DNA of 64,000 bases from Candidatus Dormiibacterota bacterium (GCA_003153505.1 PLZA01000067.1:5229-69228), one strand, 5' to 3'. Shown: positions 1 to 9,834, counted from the stretch's first letter. Notes: generated from the sequence alone by a model not told the origin. Translations and numbers: made by a program.

Positions 1-200
1 CCTCCGCCTGACCAAACGGCTATCAGCTCTGCTGTGTTAATTGCACGCTGGGGTGCGCCACGATCACCTCTTTCGGGCCGCTCAAGCGGCGGAGAGCAAA
101 CGTTTCGGCCGATTGAGCGGCGTATCTGGAATTCGGGTTCAGACGTTCCACTAAGCGCCGACTGCGCACCCCTTGCGCTGGCGCAACTGGAGGGTGTTCT

Positions 201-767
201 ATGGCCCACTGGGAGGCCGTTGGGATCGTCGCCACGCTCGCGGCCCTCAGCCTTGCCGGCTGCGAACCGACGATCGTGCACCCAAAGCCCACAGCAACGA
301 CGTCGCCATCCCCCGAGCCCTCTCCCGTGACGAGAGGGTGCATTACCAGTGACTTCGAGGTCGGCAGCGGCGGAGCGGGGGCCTATCAGGGAGACGCGGT
401 GTATAGCATGGTCCTGCACAACATTTCGGGTCTTGCTTGTGCTGTGAACGCACCGCCACAGATGACAATCACGCTCCAGTCGGGCGTTCAGGAGCAGGTA
501 GCCGTCGGAAATATCTCTACCTATGTCGGTGTGGACGTCGGACCGGGCCAGATCCTCCACATCATGATCGGCTCCCCGGGGTACTGCGCGAATCCGAGTA
601 ACGCCCTGCCCGCCTCCAGCCTCACTGTGAATCTGCCGGGCGGCAGCCTCACCGATAAGCGTGTGAACCTAGATGTGCGATGCGGCGTACCCACTGTACT
701 TATCTTCACGCCCGTCGACCCGCCAGCGATCACCGCTAGGAACGCGGGCAGCGCAGCGCCGCAATAG
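201..767 (+). CDS. Secreted lipoprotein, DUF4232-like
   Basis: N-terminal signal peptide with lipobox (LSLAGC). Pro/Thr/Ser-rich linker. Cys-containing C-terminal domain resembling actinobacterial DUF4232 lipoproteins. Confidence 0.5.
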   Translation: MAHWEAVGIVATLAALSLAGCEPTIVHPKPTATTSPSPEPSPVTRGCITSDFEVGSGGAGAYQGDAVYSMVLHNISGLACAVNAPPQMTITLQSGVQEQVAVGNISTYVGVDVGPGQILHIMIGSPGYCANPSNALPASSLTVNLPGGSLTDKRVNLDVRCGVPTVLIFTPVDPPAITARNAGSAAPQ

Positions 768-1106
768 CTCGGACTCCCGCGATCGCAGCAAAGTCGCTCG
801 GCGATCCGCTCTGGCGACATTGGCGAATACTGGCCTGCGCCGCCTGTTCCTCCCCGGCGGTCAGCATCTTCGGTTAGAGCCGATGAAGTCGAGGAATTCC
901 AAAACCGCCTTCGCAGCTTGTCGCGCCCGAGGGTCACACCGACGAGCCATGACCGGCCCAGCCGGACTGCTCCTCCTTCGGTAGCGCGGAGTCCCATTGT
1001 GGGCCGGTACGGCGGAGCACGACGAAGAACCTTACGACCCCCGCGTCCTACCGCTCGCCGGGTGCGCGCCTAGAATGTGCTGTCCTCGCGAAACAAGGAG
1101 ACCCAC

Positions 1107-1493
1107 ATGGTTGAGTACGAGCGAAGCAAGACCGTTCCGGCCTCAGGGGCGACCGTATATGCGTACGTCGCAGACCCCGCGAACCTGCCCGCGTACATCT
1201 CCACGATGGTTCGTGCCGGCGCCATGACCGGCGGCGAGCTCCATGTCGCTGCAGAGGTCGAGGGCAGGCACGAGGAGGGTGACGCTCGATTCCAGGCCGA
1301 CTCCGCCGCCAGGCGCATCGAGTGGGGTGGCTCCGGCACCAGCGCCTACCACGGCTGGCTGCAGGTGGCGGACGCCGAGTCGGGAAGCTCGACCGTCACG
1401 ATCCACCTGTCGACCACGAGCGCGGACGATGCCGACCAGGTGGAGCAAGCGCTCGCTGAAACGCTGGCGAACATCGGCCGGGGCGTCGGCTGA
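1107..1493 (+). CDS. SRPBCC (polyketide cyclase/dehydrase-like, START/Bet v1 fold) protein
   Basis: ATG at 1107 preceded by AAGGAG RBS. About 128 aa. Typical SRPBCC N-terminus (MVEYERSKTVPA...VYAYVADP). Confidence 0.6.
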   Translation: MVEYERSKTVPASGATVYAYVADPANLPAYISTMVRAGAMTGGELHVAAEVEGRHEEGDARFQADSAARRIEWGGSGTSAYHGWLQVADAESGSSTVTIHLSTTSADDADQVEQALAETLANIGRGVG

Positions 1494-1566
1494 CCCGAGG
1501 TTCGGGGCGGCGCGGCAGACGAACATTCGGGAAGAGCAAGGCGAGGTCGCCGATATCTTGATAATC

Positions 1567-1700
1567 GCCCAGCCTGGCGGAACCGCTGGTCGACCCACGC
1601 GGCTGCGCGGAGCGCATCTTCGAGTACTCCGAGGGTTTCTACCACCGCGAACGCTGGCACACGACGCTCGGCAATCTCAGTCATGCAGACTACGAATCCG
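1567..1700 (+). pseudogene. IS3-family transposase OrfB (integrase core) C-terminal remnant
   Basis: Frame translates EPLVDPRGCAERIFEYSEGFYHRERWHTTLGNLSHADYE. This is the signature C-terminal rve tail of IS3-family OrfB (…FEYIEGFYNRxRxHSxLGYLSPxEYE). No upstream catalytic region is present. Confidence 0.5.
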
Positions 1701-2138
1701 CGCCCGCTGCTGTGTGCTCGGCTGAGCAAACGTGTCCGTCAAACCGGGGCAGGCCCACTCCCACCAAACATGGTCCTCCCTCGAGGAGGCGATAGAAAGA
1801 TGAGCACTGACCTCCCCCGACCTCGGGCCCGGGATCGACCATAGCCGAGCCCTTGACATCACGCCCGCTCTTCATAGAAAAGCATCGCTGGGGTGCGCGA
1901 GGGCTTCCTCACGTGGCGGCACGGCGACGGCCTTGAACCTCCGCCTAGCGCGGAGTTCCGGACGTCGAGCGTACCTTGTGCTGCACCCCCGTCGCCGGCG
2001 TGTTCGTGCCAGTCGTCTTCGGTTGAGCTGACCGCAGCCAGGGCGTCCATCGATTCGCTACAGGCAAATGGCCGAGAGGCGCTCACAGTGGCAACGCGCA
2101 CGCTCGCATTGCGTGAATACGCCGTGTCTCACCTTGTG

Positions 2139-2567
2139 TCAGTAACGGACGATGGCGGCCGCGCCGCCCGCTGCGGCATCAAGATATTCGCCGCGAACGA
2201 AACGGCACTCTCCGCTGTGGACCGCCCGCTCCACAGCCGCCTCGACAATGTCGTCAACCGGTGCGGTCGGCGCGCCACAGATAGGACACATCGCTTCCGG
2301 GGACGACAGGGCTCGGCAGGATGTGCACAGCGCACCCGGCTGACTCTGCAACTCCGTCGAGATGAGCAATAGTTTGACCCGTCCTTCGGAGAGCGCAGAG
2401 AGGGCCGGCTTCAAGCCGAGAATGGCCAGACCTTCGCCTGAGGCGGTCGCCAGGTCGCTCAGAATCGCTTCGTCGTCGCGCTTCTCGCTCGGTTTCGAGA
2501 CTTCTTGACCATAGTGCCCCGGAAGCCGCGCGCTGCGTCGCCGTTTCGCTGGGACCTTCGGCGCCAT
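2139..2567 (-). CDS. eRF1 domain-3-like protein with C-terminal CxxC...CxxC zinc ribbon (bacterial eRF1-like/Pelota-like fragment)
   Basis: Segment ALSEGRVKLLLISTEL resembles eRF1/Pelota domain 3, followed by CTSC...CPIC. Only 142 aa. Divergent from hsp20. Confidence 0.4.
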   Translation of the reverse strand: MAPKVPAKRRRSARLPGHYGQEVSKPSEKRDDEAILSDLATASGEGLAILGLKPALSALSEGRVKLLLISTELQSQPGALCTSCRALSSPEAMCPICGAPTAPVDDIVEAAVERAVHSGECRFVRGEYLDAAAGGAAAIVRY

Positions 2568-2650
2568 TCTTGTGACTTTCAGCGGTGGTACGAAGTCGTT
2601 GAATTGACCGAGTATGAGATGAAAACATAACAGCGACTGGAGGTGTCACC

Positions 2651-3097
2651 ATGGCGGACACAACGACTCTCACCCCACGATATCCAAACGATGTGCTGGG
2701 TAGATCCTTCGCTGATTTTCTGCGCTGGCCGGTGTTCCCGTTGCTCGGCCTCACGCAGGACTTCCCGATGCGTCTTGAGGAGTTTGCCGACGACGGCCAC
2801 TTGGTCGTTCGCGCGGAGATGCCTGGCGTCGACCCGGACAAGGACGTTCACGTCACCGTCGACGAGGGGTTGCTGACGATCAGCGGCGAGCGGCGCAGCG
2901 AAACCAAGACGGACGAGAAGGGGAAGCACTTCTCGGAGATGCAGTACGGCTCGTTTTCACGGACCATTCCGCTGCCCGATGGAGCTAGCGAGAAGGACGT
3001 GACCGCGAGTTACCACGACGGTATTCTGGAAGTCCGGCTCGCCTTGGCGAAGCCCGCACCTCCGAAGGCCGCGGCGCACATTCCGATCAAGCACTGA
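2651..3097 (+). CDS. Hsp20/alpha-crystallin family small heat-shock protein
   Basis: ACD signature (MRLEEFADDGHLVVRAEMPGVDPDKDVHVTVDEGLLTISGER...YGSFSRTIPLP...ASYHDGILEV). GGAGG RBS upstream. Confidence 0.9.
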   Translation: MADTTTLTPRYPNDVLGRSFADFLRWPVFPLLGLTQDFPMRLEEFADDGHLVVRAEMPGVDPDKDVHVTVDEGLLTISGERRSETKTDEKGKHFSEMQYGSFSRTIPLPDGASEKDVTASYHDGILEVRLALAKPAPPKAAAHIPIKH

Positions 3098-3386
3098 GGC
3101 GCAGGCCCGCCGAGGCACCGCTCCGGCGGGCACTCGCCCGACACGTTGGCCACGTGGGGACGAACGCTGAGATGGCATCGAAGAGAGTCGCAATCGCGCA
3201 GTCTGCAGCGAGCGCCGCGATAGACGGTAACCTCCAACTGATCGCCTGCGTCGGCTCAGGAAAGGACCGGGAGGTGCTGGCCGGGCACCCTGTGGGACCT
3301 GCCCACCAAACGTGACCGCTTCCGCCACCAGATCAGCGCTGACGGAGCCGCGCTGACCCGAACCCCACCACATGAGGAGACACCAC

Positions 3387-4289
3387 ATGAGCGCCAAGAT
3401 CTGGTTCATTACCGGCACATCCCGCGGCTTCGGCCGGGAGTGGGCACTGGCCGCCCTGGAGCGCGGTGACTCCGTGGTCGCCACCGCCCGCAACGCCAGC
3501 AGCCTGGACGCCCTCGTCGCTGCGCACGGCGACGCGGTGCTCCCGATCTCCCTCGACGTCACCGATCGTGAGGCGGTCTTCGCAGCCGTCGCCCGGGCGC
3601 ACGAGCACTTCGGCCGGCTGGACGTCGTGGTGAACAACGCCGGCTACGGCCAGTTCGGCATGGTCGAGGAGCTCAGCGAGGCGGAGGCCCGCGAGCAGAT
3701 CGAGACCAACCTGTTCGGGGCGCTCTGGGTCACCCAGGCGGCGCTGCCGTTCCTGCGGGCCCAGGGCAGCGGTCACTTCCTGCAGGTCTCCTCCATCGGC
3801 GGGATCTCCGCGTTCTCCACCGTCGGCATCTACCACGCGTCGAAGTGGGCGCTGGAAGGTCTGAGCCAATCACTCGCGCAGGAGGTTGCGGGCTTCGGCA
3901 TCAAAGTCACCCTCATCGAGCCCGGCGGTTACTCCACCGACTGGGGCGGCAGCTCGGCCAAGCACGCCACGGCGCTGCCCGCCTACGACGAGGTCCGTAA
4001 GCAGGCTGCCAACCGGCCCAGCCGGCGCGGTACCCCCGGTGACCCGGTTGCGACCAGGAACGCCGTGCTCACCTTGGTGGACTCTGACAACCCGCCGCTG
4101 CGGGTCTTCTTCGGTGAGGCGCCGCTGGCCATCGCCACCGCCGACTACGAGTCCCGGCTCGCGACCTGGAACGAGTGGCAGCCGCTGTCCGTCGCTGCGC
4201 ACGGCGGCCAGGGCTTAAGTCACCTTCAAGCGACAGCTGCTGTTATGGGCAATGTAGGACGACCCACCGCCACCGTCGGCGGCCGCTGA
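3387..4289 (+). CDS. SDR family NAD(P)-dependent oxidoreductase
   Basis: TGxSRGFG Rossmann motif, NNAG, S...YxxxK catalytic motif (YHASK). Start taken at MSAKIWFITG. Confidence 0.85.
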   Translation: MSAKIWFITGTSRGFGREWALAALERGDSVVATARNASSLDALVAAHGDAVLPISLDVTDREAVFAAVARAHEHFGRLDVVVNNAGYGQFGMVEELSEAEAREQIETNLFGALWVTQAALPFLRAQGSGHFLQVSSIGGISAFSTVGIYHASKWALEGLSQSLAQEVAGFGIKVTLIEPGGYSTDWGGSSAKHATALPAYDEVRKQAANRPSRRGTPGDPVATRNAVLTLVDSDNPPLRVFFGEAPLAIATADYESRLATWNEWQPLSVAAHGGQGLSHLQATAAVMGNVGRPTATVGGR

Positions 4290-4591
4290 GGCTCATTCAT
4301 CGGCAACGGTGTCTGCCAGGCTTTCGGCGAGGCGGCGCGACACGCGGTGGTGGCCTTATCGTTCCAAACGGAAGTATCTGCGCCTACTGTGAACCCGAAC
4401 GTGTGGGTGGGTCATGATCTCTGATGCTCGGCGCGTTGTTCATGCTAGTAGTCGGCGTTGATCGTCAGTGGCAGTTCGCTATCACGTATTCGAACGGGCA
4501 GCCTGTCGAAACCTCTCGGGTTCTCGGTGGGGTGCGGGGCGAAGGTGGTAAGCGAGCACCCGTCAGGTGTGATCTCTAATGTTTCGCGAGG

Positions 4592-5449
4592 ATGTCTCTT
4601 CGCAGCTTCTCTCCTCACTGTGCCAACGAAACCTGGAACCAGGATCACGGACAAGCCCGCGCCATTCCTTGTGCAGGTGCTTCGACGCTGAGCTACTCTC
4701 AGCTGTTCCCAGAACCCGGCAGCGGCCGCGTCTACCGGTCCCAGCGGAGGATCCGGCTCTCCGATGCCGCTCCGGACGGCCGTCTGCGCTTCGACGCGAT
4801 GGCTCGCTACATGCAGGACGTGGCGTCCGACGACCTCGCTGACGCGGGAGCGGAGGACGAGGCGCTCGCGTGGGTGGTGCGGCGCACCGCGATGGACGTA
4901 GTGACCCCATTCGGCACCGATCACTCGGTCGCCCTGTCCACCTGGGCCAGCGGCTCTGGATCGCGCTGGGGCGCACGGCGCACCAGCATCGCCGGTGACG
5001 CGGGCGGCCGCACCGAGGCGGAGAGCCTGTGGGTCCTCATCGACCGGGCAAGCTCCCGGCTCACGCGGCTCCCGGCTGTGTTCGACGACCTCTACGCGGC
5101 GTCGACCCAGGGACGAAAGGTGTCCGCGAAGCTCGAGCTCGCGCCCGATCCGGCGCCGGAGGCGAAGCGAGTGCGCTGGCCGCTGCGCGTCGCCGACATT
5201 GACATGCTGGGCCATGCCAACAACGCAGTGTACTGGGCGGCGGTCGAGACAGCGCTCGCCGGGGGTGCGGATGGCACCGACACGCTGGCGGCCCAGCGAC
5301 TGCAGGGGATCCTCGAGTATCGCCATCCCGTCGACCTGACCTCTGACCTCGAGCTCGCCATCGCGGGTGGGCGATCGGGGATGTCGGTCTGGTTCATCGA
5401 CGACGGTGGCACCGCCGCGTGCGCTGTGGTCCGCCGGGCCGCCTCGTGA
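4592..5449 (+). CDS. Acyl-ACP thioesterase family protein
   Basis: Double hot-dog acyl-ACP thioesterase hallmarks (RFDAMARYMQDVASDDL; DIDMLGHANNAVYW). True start likely downstream of the first listed M. Confidence 0.65.
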   Translation: MSLRSFSPHCANETWNQDHGQARAIPCAGASTLSYSQLFPEPGSGRVYRSQRRIRLSDAAPDGRLRFDAMARYMQDVASDDLADAGAEDEALAWVVRRTAMDVVTPFGTDHSVALSTWASGSGSRWGARRTSIAGDAGGRTEAESLWVLIDRASSRLTRLPAVFDDLYAASTQGRKVSAKLELAPDPAPEAKRVRWPLRVADIDMLGHANNAVYWAAVETALAGGADGTDTLAAQRLQGILEYRHPVDLTSDLELAIAGGRSGMSVWFIDDGGTAACAVVRRAAS

Positions 5450-5485
5450 AGTGGAGGCCCAAGTGTCAACAGACTGCGTCAGTTG

Positions 5486-5514
5486 GTAGTGCCTCAGTTT
5501 GACTGAGGCACTAC
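5486..5514. terminator. Perfect hairpin (11-bp stem, 3-nt loop) after the thioesterase gene
   Basis: tagtgcctcagTTTGactgaggcacta immediately 3' of the stop at 5449. Confidence 0.45.
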
Positions 5515-5795
5515 CCAGATTCCGCCTGATGGCACTCACCAGTATCACCATCGTGACCGGCGCCAATATCCTCAAAGGACGGGCCCTGGCTCGAAACGGC
5601 GCGCTCACCCTGGACGACAACCACATCACCCCACCCGCCGGCGCGTGCACGGTTTCCTCGGTCCCGGTTCCCGGCACAGGGGCGGCCTCCGCGCTTCCTG
5701 GCCTTGGCGTTGGCCTGGTGGTTATGGGCGGCCTGATCCTTGCGGTCGGACGCAGACGCGCAAGGGTCGGAACTGAGGCACGCGTTCCCTCGTAG
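5499..5795 (+). pseudogene. C-terminal remnant of a beta-helical surface protein (DUF3494/ice-binding-like last coil) with TM/Arg-rich anchor tail
   Basis: SITIVTGANILKGRALARNGALTLDDNHIT resembles the terminal coil of DUF3494 proteins. Ends with ...ALPGLGVGLVVMGGLILAVGRRRAR (sorting-signal-like). The ORF begins inside the hairpin and has no N-terminal domain. Confidence 0.35.
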
Positions 5796-5803
5796 CTACG
5801 GTG

Positions 5804-6046
5804 GTCGAGCTCTTCCTCCGCGGTCGGCGCGTGGCCAGCCACGCGCGCAGCTACCGGCGCGGCTACAGCACCGACCCGGCGCACATGCCGCCGTCGCACC
5901 GGCGTCATCTGGAGTGGACCCCGGGGCGGATCGGGCGCTAGGCGGAGCAGACCGGCACGGCGACAGCGCAGGTGGTGGCCCACATCCTGACCTCGCGGCC
6001 GCATCCGGAGCAGGGCACGCGCCCTCAGCGGGATCGCAACCTACAT
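5804..6046 (+). pseudogene. IS21-family IstA transposase C-terminal remnant (in-frame stop)
   Basis: VELFLRGRRVASHARSYRRGYSTDPAHMPPSHRRHLEWTPGRIGR*AEQTGTATAQVVAHILTSRPHPEQG matches the conserved IstA C-terminus (…HMPxSHRxxxEWTPxRxxxWAxxIGPxTAxxVxxILxxRPHPEQGYR). Interrupted by a TAG codon. Confidence 0.55.
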
Positions 6047-7321
6047 TTAGGTCACCACCCCTGTCCAGGTCGACAGGTTGACTATCACTGATCCACCCTG
6101 GAAATCACGCTGCCAGTTGCCGTTGCCGTTGAGGTATGCGGCGCCCAGCGCGGCACCAAGGTTCGTGTACATCTCCGGGTAATTGCTCCACAGCATGTCA
6201 CCCGGGCCGAGCGCGCTCGTTCCGTCGGCGTATAGCAGGTAGCTGGCGGTGACGAAGTCGACCAGGGAGGACGGTACGAGTTGGTACGCGCCGACGCGGA
6301 ACCAGCAGAGATCATCGGCGGCCGCACAGGAACGCACCTCATTCTCGAAAGCATTCCAGTCGGCCGCGCTCTGATCGACGGTCGTGTCCCAACTCCATGT
6401 GTACTCGTCCATCAAGCCACTCACAGAGGGAAGCCAGGAGGCCCACAGGCTTGGGTACTTGGTGTCATAGCCGAGGTTGGCGACCGCTAGCTTCCCGGCT
6501 GCCTTGATCTGCCGACCCACCAGCGCGAGCATCGCGGCCATCGCGGTCTGCACGCTGGCATCGGTCGGATGGCTCGGCGACACTCCGTAGGCGTTGGCCG
6601 TGTCGAGCGCGTTGTCCATCTCGACCCCGTCCCAGCCGTGAGCAGCGAGGTCCGCGGCCACGTTGCTCGCCCACTGCTGCTGATACGCGGGGTTGCCATA
6701 GTCCATTTCGAACTGGGTCGGGTAGCCATTCTCCTGCAGCAGGCCGCCCGTGGTGTTGCGCAGGAACCACTCCGGGTGATTCGCCATCGCCCCGCAGTAG
6801 CCGACGCCGGTAGGCAGTTGCGCCTGATCAGCTCCGTCGCTGCATGCGGAGGTGCGCGACGACGTGAGGTCCTTGTATTCAAAGATCTTGACGCTAGGAT
6901 TTGCCGCGCGGATGGCGGGAATCCACGGGTAATCCCACGCGTTCAATGCGATGGCCGCGTAGTGTGGTGCCACTTGCGCCCAGTCGTAGCTCATTCCGTC
7001 CAAGTCCAGTAGGAATGCTTGCGTGTCGCCCGCGGAATTGGCGCCGGGTGTGGGCGACGGTGTAGCTGTCGGGTTCGGCGTCGGCCCCGGCGTGGACACG
7101 GACGTGGGCGTCGGCCCCGGCGTGGACACGGGCGTGGGCGTCGGCCCTGGCGTGGACGCGGGCATGGGCGTCGGCAGCGACCTCTTGTGGTGACCGTCGC
7201 TGTGCTGAGAGCTGGCCAGTGGCGTCGAGGGTACTGCCCGCTGAACTGGGGACGATGCCATTAGCCCCATCCCGACCGTCGCGGAAGCGCATATAAGAAG
7301 TAGACGAGGAATTCGAACCAT
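6047..7321 (-). CDS. Secreted GH114-like (endo-alpha-1,4-polygalactosaminidase-like TIM-barrel) hydrolase with Pro/Thr repeat linker
   Basis: Signal peptide. STPGPTPT tandem repeats. Core with VKIFEYKDL...GWDGVEMDNALD resembling GH114/PelA-hydrolase-type motifs. Confidence 0.55.
   Translation of the reverse strand: MVRIPRLLLICASATVGMGLMASSPVQRAVPSTPLASSQHSDGHHKRSLPTPMPASTPGPTPTPVSTPGPTPTSVSTPGPTPNPTATPSPTPGANSAGDTQAFLLDLDGMSYDWAQVAPHYAAIALNAWDYPWIPAIRAANPSVKIFEYKDLTSSRTSACSDGADQAQLPTGVGYCGAMANHPEWFLRNTTGGLLQENGYPTQFEMDYGNPAYQQQWASNVAADLAAHGWDGVEMDNALDTANAYGVSPSHPTDASVQTAMAAMLALVGRQIKAAGKLAVANLGYDTKYPSLWASWLPSVSGLMDEYTWSWDTTVDQSAADWNAFENEVRSCAAADDLCWFRVGAYQLVPSSLVDFVTASYLLYADGTSALGPGDMLWSNYPEMYTNLGAALGAAYLNGNGNWQRDFQGGSVIVNLSTWTGVVT
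7050..7180. repeat. Tandem 30-bp direct repeats (three full copies plus degenerate flanks) encoding the PT-rich linker
   Basis: gtcggccccggcgtggacacggacgtgggc is repeated at 7080, 7110 and 7140 with 1-3 mismatches. Confidence 0.8.
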
Positions 7322-7615
7322 GGGGTTTTCTCCAGGGGCCCCCGTGCGGCCTTGGGTAGCTCGGCTGTCTCAGTGAGACCCGTGACTTTGCGTGCCCATC
7401 TCGCGATGGGGTTGCCCTTTTCAGGTAGCTGCGACGAGTATGGGACCGCCACGCGGGGTGGCCCCAGGGGTGCGGCCCTCGTCACCCCGACGTCATCGCC
7501 CGTTACGGCATCGTCGTCCAATCGTGACCTGCACGTGACCATATAGGTATGGTGACGATCGTCCAACCAGCCGTGTCCAGTATTACGGCAGCGTCGGTAC
7601 CAGGCGGGCGGGACG

Positions 7616-8752
7616 TCAGACAGCTGTTCGGGGGTCGGGTGCAACGCGTCGGCGATCGGCGGGTACGAGCGACTCGTACAGCGCAGCCAGCGCAAGAGCC
7701 ATGTCGTGTCGACCGTGACGCTGCCACGCCCGACGACGAGCTTCGTCGCCTAGTCGCTGTGCCATCGCAGGATGGTCGAAAAGAAGGACGAGCGCCGCCG
7801 CGATGTCCTCAGGGCGAGCGTTGCATAGCAGGCCGGTGACACCGTCCTCAACGACCTCGTCGATGCCGCCGATACGCACCGCGACCACCGGCACTCCCGC
7901 AGCCATGGCCTCGAGAATCACCAGGGAGCAGCCCTCATAAGTGGACGTGACCAGCACGATACTGGCCCTCGCCAAGAGGTCCGGCACGTCGTGGCGCGGC
8001 CCGAGCAGCACCACTGCCTCGTCGACGCCCAAGGCTGCGGTCAATACCCGCAGCGGGTGTTCCAGGGGGCCGCCGCCGGCTATGGCGAGTCGCATCGCCG
8101 GACGCTGCCGCCTGGCCAGGGCGAGGGCGTGGACGGCGAGCTCGGGACGCTTTTGCGGCACCAGACGACCGACCATCAGAACAAGGTTTGGATCGGGGCT
8201 CCGATCACCAGTCCAGCGCCGCAGATCGATTCCGTTGGGGATGAGGCGATATTGCTCGGCACGGCCGATGCGCAGCCTGAGCCCTTCATGCTGCTCGTGA
8301 CGGGCCACCACGACGATGGCAGCGCAGGCATGCGCCGCCACGCGTTCCAACGCCTCGACCGTCCGGCGGCGCCAACCCGACAGCGCCCAGAACGACCAGG
8401 CGTGTGGGGTGACGACGCAGGATGAGCGCCGCCCTGCGAACAACGCGGACGCCCGGGCCAGCCAGGCGGCCTTGCTGGAGTGAGCATGTATGACGTCGCT
8501 CCTTCGTACCAGTGGGAGGAGCTTGAGCAACCAGGCAACATCGCTCGCGTGAGGTTCACGATGCCGCGTGAACGGGTACAGCCGCACCTCTTCGCGGCCA
8601 ACTAATTGCTCCCAGAGAACTGACTGTGGTGGACATGCGACGGTCACGTTGAAGACCTGCGCGTCGAGCTCGTCCACGATGTCCAGGACGTGGCGGGGAA
8701 CGCCGGCGTCAAGCGGCTGGGCGATGAGTAGCAAACGGATGAGGCGAGCCAT
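7616..8752 (-). CDS. Glycosyltransferase family 4 (GT4, group 1)
   Basis: GT-B fold GT4 N-terminus (PLDAGVPRHVLDIVDEL) and C-terminal EX7E-type region (SIVLVTSTYEGCSLVILEAMAAGVPVVA). Confidence 0.85.
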   Translation of the reverse strand: MARLIRLLLIAQPLDAGVPRHVLDIVDELDAQVFNVTVACPPQSVLWEQLVGREEVRLYPFTRHREPHASDVAWLLKLLPLVRRSDVIHAHSSKAAWLARASALFAGRRSSCVVTPHAWSFWALSGWRRRTVEALERVAAHACAAIVVVARHEQHEGLRLRIGRAEQYRLIPNGIDLRRWTGDRSPDPNLVLMVGRLVPQKRPELAVHALALARRQRPAMRLAIAGGGPLEHPLRVLTAALGVDEAVVLLGPRHDVPDLLARASIVLVTSTYEGCSLVILEAMAAGVPVVAVRIGGIDEVVEDGVTGLLCNARPEDIAAALVLLFDHPAMAQRLGDEARRRAWQRHGRHDMALALAALYESLVPADRRRVAPDPRTAV

Positions 8753-8766
8753 TCGTGCCCTGACTG

Positions 8767-9834
8767 TTAGAGCGGCCGCCGCGTCGCGAGCGATAGCCAG
8801 AGTGAGCGGTAGGCACTGACCATGGCGGCCTCGCTGAACTCATGCTCGAACCGCGCCGCCGCGGCGCCGCCCAGCCGGCATGCCAGGTTGTGATCCGTCA
8901 AGATCGTGGCGATGGCCGTGGCTAGCGCATCGGCGTCACCGGACGGCACCAATAGGCCGTCGACCCCATCGCGGATCAGCTCGCGGAGACCGCGGACCCG
9001 CGTGGCCACCACCGGCCGGGCAGCGCTCATGGCCTCGAGGACTACGAGCGGCAATCCCTCCCAGTCAGAAGGCTGCACAACCACGTCGGCAGCGCCGAGT
9101 ATTGCCCGGGCGTCGGTGCGTGCACCCATAAGTCGCACGCGCCCGCTCAGGCCCAGCTCCTCGATCTGCCGCTCCAGGTTGGGGCGGAGCGTCCCGTCGC
9201 CCACGATGACCAGCGCGGCGTCAGGAAGGCGGACCATTGCGCCGATGGCGAGGTCGTGGCGCTTCTGCGGCATCAGCCGACCGGCGGCGACGATCAGTCG
9301 CAACCCTGACGCCAGCCCCCATTCGCGGCGGAGCGCTGCGATGGCCGCGGGTCGCGGACACGGGCCGACGCCGTTGACGATTGTTCTCAGCGGCTCGGTG
9401 CCGTGCGCGCGCAGCGTCGCGGCGACCCCTGCGCCGCATGCAACGACGGGCAACCCCGTACAGCGGAGCAACCGCGACGTGGCAATATCATCGGCTGGAC
9501 GGACACCGTGAATGGTGACCATTCCCGGCCGCACGGCCCCACGCAGCGTCGCCAGTGCAGTGATCGCGGCCATTCCGGGGTTGTGGGCATGCACTACGTC
9601 GGGATTCCAGTCGCGAACGTGGTCGCGGAGTCGCCAGGACGCCGCCAGAACCTGAGACGGGCGGCGGTGCAGCATGGGGAGTGGTAGGTGTGGGACGCCG
9701 TCGAGCAGAACTGTGGCTCCGCTACAGGCTATGGCGAACTCATCACCTGCCGTCAGGCCTGCCGTGCACAGCTGACGCACCACCTGCTCGGCGCCGCCGC
9801 TGCCGAATTCCTGGATTACGTGGAGGATGCGCAT
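8767..9834 (-). CDS. Glycosyltransferase family 4
   Basis: MRILHVIQEFGSGGAEQVV... and EGLPLVVLEAMSAARPVVAT motifs. Confidence 0.85.
   Translation of the reverse strand: MRILHVIQEFGSGGAEQVVRQLCTAGLTAGDEFAIACSGATVLLDGVPHLPLPMLHRRPSQVLAASWRLRDHVRDWNPDVVHAHNPGMAAITALATLRGAVRPGMVTIHGVRPADDIATSRLLRCTGLPVVACGAGVAATLRAHGTEPLRTIVNGVGPCPRPAAIAALRREWGLASGLRLIVAAGRLMPQKRHDLAIGAMVRLPDAALVIVGDGTLRPNLERQIEELGLSGRVRLMGARTDARAILGAADVVVQPSDWEGLPLVVLEAMSAARPVVATRVRGLRELIRDGVDGLLVPSGDADALATAIATILTDHNLACRLGGAAAARFEHEFSEAAMVSAYRSLWLSLATRRPL

Noticed and set aside
2254-2841. 195-aa minus-strand ORF overlapping the eRF1-like gene and the hsp20 upstream region
   Set aside because: Ser/Arg-rich low-complexity translation. 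Overlaps better-supported genes in other frames.
4445-6004. 519-aa minus-strand ORF
   Set aside because: Arg/Pro/Gly-rich, no domain signal. It is the antisense shadow of the acyl-ACP thioesterase gene and the IS21 remnant, typical high-GC artefact.
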